From positions 1 to 45,813 of IMG/VR virus record IMGVR_UViG_3300012942_000068: a stretch of DNA of 45,813 bases. The stretch is one strand, 5' to 3'. The notes under the pieces were generated by a model. That model was not told the DNA's origin. It saw nothing but the letters and a program-made list of their open reading frames with translations, and made no database searches. Below, one piece after another: positions 43,527-45,813 of the stretch (position 1 is the stretch's first letter; each line of letters opens with the position of its first letter). The DNA comes from a virus (lineage: Duplodnaviria > Caudoviricetes). The translations under genes and the position numbers were made by a program.

Positions 43527-44428
43527 CCGAAGCACAATCTGAAATGTCCGCCCTTCGAGGCACAAACACTCTGCTAATGGCCCCCGGTGGTACAGGCAAA
43601 ACTTACAGCATCGGCACATTGGCAGAAGCCTACCCTGAACTGGAGGTATTTTATCTAGGGCTGGAGCCGGGGCTGGAAACTCTGTTGGGCTACTTCACTG
43701 ACAAGAAAAAGAACGTACCGTCAAATTTGCATTGGCACAGTCTGCCAACAGCAAAGGCCAGCTTCGGGGATCTGCTGGATGGCGCAAAACGCATCAACAC
43801 AATGTCGCTGGAAACATTGGCAAAAACCAATGACCCGAACCGAAGCAAGCACAATCGCTTTATCAAGATGCTGGAAGCTCTGAACGATTTTCCGGATGAT
43901 CGCACCGGAAAGAAGTTTGGGGCTGTGGATGAGTGGGGGCCGAACAGGGTGCTGGTAGTAGATGGTATGGCTGGCCTCGCGCAGATGGCTATGTCCCTCG
44001 TCGTTGGGTCAAAACCCGTTCGAAGCATCAGTGATTGGGGGATCGCTCAAGATCAGATCGAAAAGATCGTTCGATTGTGGACAGATAGCTGTGCATGTCA
44101 CTTCGTTCTCATTGCTCACGTTGAGCGGGAGAAGGATGAAGTGCTCGGGGGTATTAAGCTGATGGTCAGTACGCTTGGAGCGAAGCTCGCGCCGAAGCTT
44201 CCGCCGATGTTTTCTGACGTGATCCTTGCCGTTCGGGAGGGATCAAAGTTTTCGTGGGATACTGGCAATGCTCAAGCTGATCTGAAGGCTCGTAATTTGC
44301 CCTATCAATCCGGCTTGGCCCCGGACTTTAAACCCATCCTGCAGAAGTGGCTGTCGCGTGGGGGGAGGTTCTCTCCGCAAGTTCAAGATGTGACTAACTT
44401 TAAGGAGATTGAGGAAACTGACGACTAG
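43523..44428 (+). CDS. AAA/P-loop ATPase (Sak4-like)
   Basis: APGGTGKT, LVVDG, DWG, IAH, G.KL...LP..F; between nuclease and SSB-like gene. Confidence 0.85.
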   Translation: MTEAQSEMSALRGTNTLLMAPGGTGKTYSIGTLAEAYPELEVFYLGLEPGLETLLGYFTDKKKNVPSNLHWHSLPTAKASFGDLLDGAKRINTMSLETLAKTNDPNRSKHNRFIKMLEALNDFPDDRTGKKFGAVDEWGPNRVLVVDGMAGLAQMAMSLVVGSKPVRSISDWGIAQDQIEKIVRLWTDSCACHFVLIAHVEREKDEVLGGIKLMVSTLGAKLAPKLPPMFSDVILAVREGSKFSWDTGNAQADLKARNLPYQSGLAPDFKPILQKWLSRGGRFSPQVQDVTNFKEIEETDD

Positions 44429-44430
44429 CA

Positions 44431-44470
44431 TTTTCCACCGGGATTAATCCATATTAATCCCGGTAAATAA
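44431..44470. repeat. 40-bp palindromic element, copy 14
   Basis: TTTTCCACCGGGATTAAT-CCAT-ATTAATCCCGGTAAATAA. Confidence 0.95.
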
Positions 44471-44606
44471 CCCATCGGACAGTGCCCACATCGGTAAGTC
44501 TTTCATCCCACTATTGCCGAACTGTGGCTCTGTCCGGAAAATTGTTCATTGAGGGCAAGCCCTCCGACACTTCAAACACGTAAATTCTACTCAAGGTAAA
44601 TCTATC

Positions 44607-45065
44607 ATGTCATTCGATGCTGATTCGTTCCTCTCCGCCGCTGTCTCCGGTGCAAACTCCACCAAGATCATCCCCTGCCCGATCGGTGAATATCCGGGCG
44701 TTATCGAAAAAATTGCTGCGCGTCAGTGGCAATCCAAGGATGGCACGCAAACCGGCGTGGCACTCGATGTGACCTGGCTCGTTGAAGATGACGGGGCAAA
44801 GCAAGCCACTGGACGCGATACCGTGCAGGTTCGTCAGGGGATCATGCTTGACCTCGATGCAAACGGTAATATCGACATGTCAGAAGGCAAGAACGTACCG
44901 CTCGGCCGTCTCCGTGCAGCTGTCGGACTGAATGACCCGTCGCAGAGCTTCAGCTTTCAGCAGCTCCCGGGTCAGATGGCGAAGATCAAGGTCGGCCACC
45001 GCGAAGACACCCGCGATCCGGAAATCAAGTATGCTGAAGTCAACGCAGTAATCGCGCTGAGCTAA
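44607..45065 (+). CDS. putative ssDNA-binding protein (DUF669-like)
   Basis: P.GEY...I, LGRLR.A.GL, L.G....IKV.H pattern; follows the Sak4-like ATPase. Confidence 0.65.
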   Translation: MSFDADSFLSAAVSGANSTKIIPCPIGEYPGVIEKIAARQWQSKDGTQTGVALDVTWLVEDDGAKQATGRDTVQVRQGIMLDLDANGNIDMSEGKNVPLGRLRAAVGLNDPSQSFSFQQLPGQMAKIKVGHREDTRDPEIKYAEVNAVIALS

Positions 45066-45094
45066 CGGCTACCGCGTAGTATTTTCCCTGAAAC

Positions 45095-45126
45095 AGAATG
45101 GACCTCAACGGGTCCATTCTCACTTT
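45095..45126 (+). terminator. hairpin / possible terminator
   Basis: AGAATGGACC / GGTCCATTCT 10-bp stem; weak U tract. Confidence 0.5.
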
Positions 45127-45138
45127 ACAAGGTTCATC

Positions 45139-45483
45139 ATGTTGGCATCGAATTCTGCGGAAAACAAAAGCATTGCTGTAGCCCCACAAAGCACCATCGT
45201 TCAAGGTTTTGAACGCATCGATCATCTGCTTCGCGCGCTGGATGATGACATTGATCAGGCTTTTGCTTCGAACGACAGGCTCACAGTCAAGCTCAGCCCT
45301 GTGCTGGCCAACTCTCATCAAGGGAATGAAGGTGAATTGACTACTGCACCGCCCGACAACTTCGGAGAAAGTGCGTTTTCTGCTCATCTCACTTTACTGG
45401 CTGCAAAGATCGCCAATGCCCGCACCCGTCTGAGCGATCTTAGACATCTTCAGGGAGAACTCCTAGAAAGGATCGAACTCTAA
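45139..45483 (+). CDS. hypothetical coiled-coil protein
   Basis: AAGG SD; L..KLSPVL and L.ERIEL pattern. Confidence 0.65.
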   Translation: MLASNSAENKSIAVAPQSTIVQGFERIDHLLRALDDDIDQAFASNDRLTVKLSPVLANSHQGNEGELTTAPPDNFGESAFSAHLTLLAAKIANARTRLSDLRHLQGELLERIEL

Positions 45484-45683
45484 TGGTCGGCATCTTCATC
45501 GGACTTTTTCTGCTCTGGCATGCCAGAGCCTCTACGTGGTGGTGGATTGCTTTCGTTATGATCGTGCTTACACAAGGTTTCGTACAGCTGGCCAATCGAT
45601 AGTAAAATCCCTAGTTCGACCCCCTTCAGGCCGTGTTCAACGGCCTTTCCCACTGAAAGACTACCACGCAGAGGACAAAACAA

Positions 45684-45813
45684 ATGCAACTTATCAAAGA
45701 ATCAGATATTGTTATCGATGAAAATCGTCAGCGCCGAGAATTCGACCCGCAATTTGTCGGAGAGCTGGCAGCTGGTATTGGAAAGAAAGGGCTGATGCAT
45801 GCCCCTGTTATGC
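45684..45813 (+). CDS. N-terminus of the ParB-MTase gene (continues at the window start)
   Basis: GAGG SD; MQLIKESDIVIDENRQRREFDPQFVGELAAGIGKKGLMHAPVM matches the ParB N-terminal R..F....ELA.SI...GL..P pattern. Confidence 0.88.
   Translation, partial: MQLIKESDIVIDENRQRREFDPQFVGELAAGIGKKGLMHAPVM

Noticed and set aside
2219-44470. Palindromic repeats as a CRISPR array
   Set aside because: Copies are hundreds to thousands of bases apart with no regular spacers; the Cas4-like nuclease sits in a recombination module
1-45813. Integrated prophage or lysogeny module
   Set aside because: No integrase, att-like tRNA fragment, CI/Cro pair or flanking host genes; the ends join within a phage gene

Overview
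The window is a near-complete, circularly permuted ~45.8 kb dsDNA podovirus-type phage genome; it starts and ends inside the same ParB-methyltransferase gene. The + strand (about 31.4 kb through the junction to 5.2 kb) carries early and replication genes: two paralogous early proteins, a RecD/Dda-like helicase, a GHKL ATPase, a Cas4-like PD-(D/E)XK nuclease, a Sak4-like ATPase, an SSB-like protein, the ParB-MTase and a UDG-exo-PolA polymerase. The - strand (30.9 to 5.2 kb) carries two TerS-like genes, TerL, portal, GroES, scaffold, capsid, P22-like tail and ejection proteins, an HNH nuclease, a frameshifted PurD-like ATP-grasp ligase, tail fibre and lysis genes. I recognised no integrase, CI repressor, RNA polymerase, primase/DnaB, tRNA or CRISPR. 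The most striking unexplained features are: (1) 14 copies of a 40-bp palindrome, CCGNGATTAAT-N4-ATTAATCNCGG, spread around the genome with one inside polA; (2) an intergenic near-perfect chromosomal parS site; (3) a ~575-nt ORF-free, densely hairpinned candidate ncRNA behind a duplicated early gene; (4) an OxyR-like ATAG-N7-CTAT array upstream of the PurD-like gene; (5) unusual active-site residues in PolA. A betaproteobacterial (Burkholderiales-like) host is only a weak inference from the holin. All protein calls come from motif recognition by eye; no database search was run.
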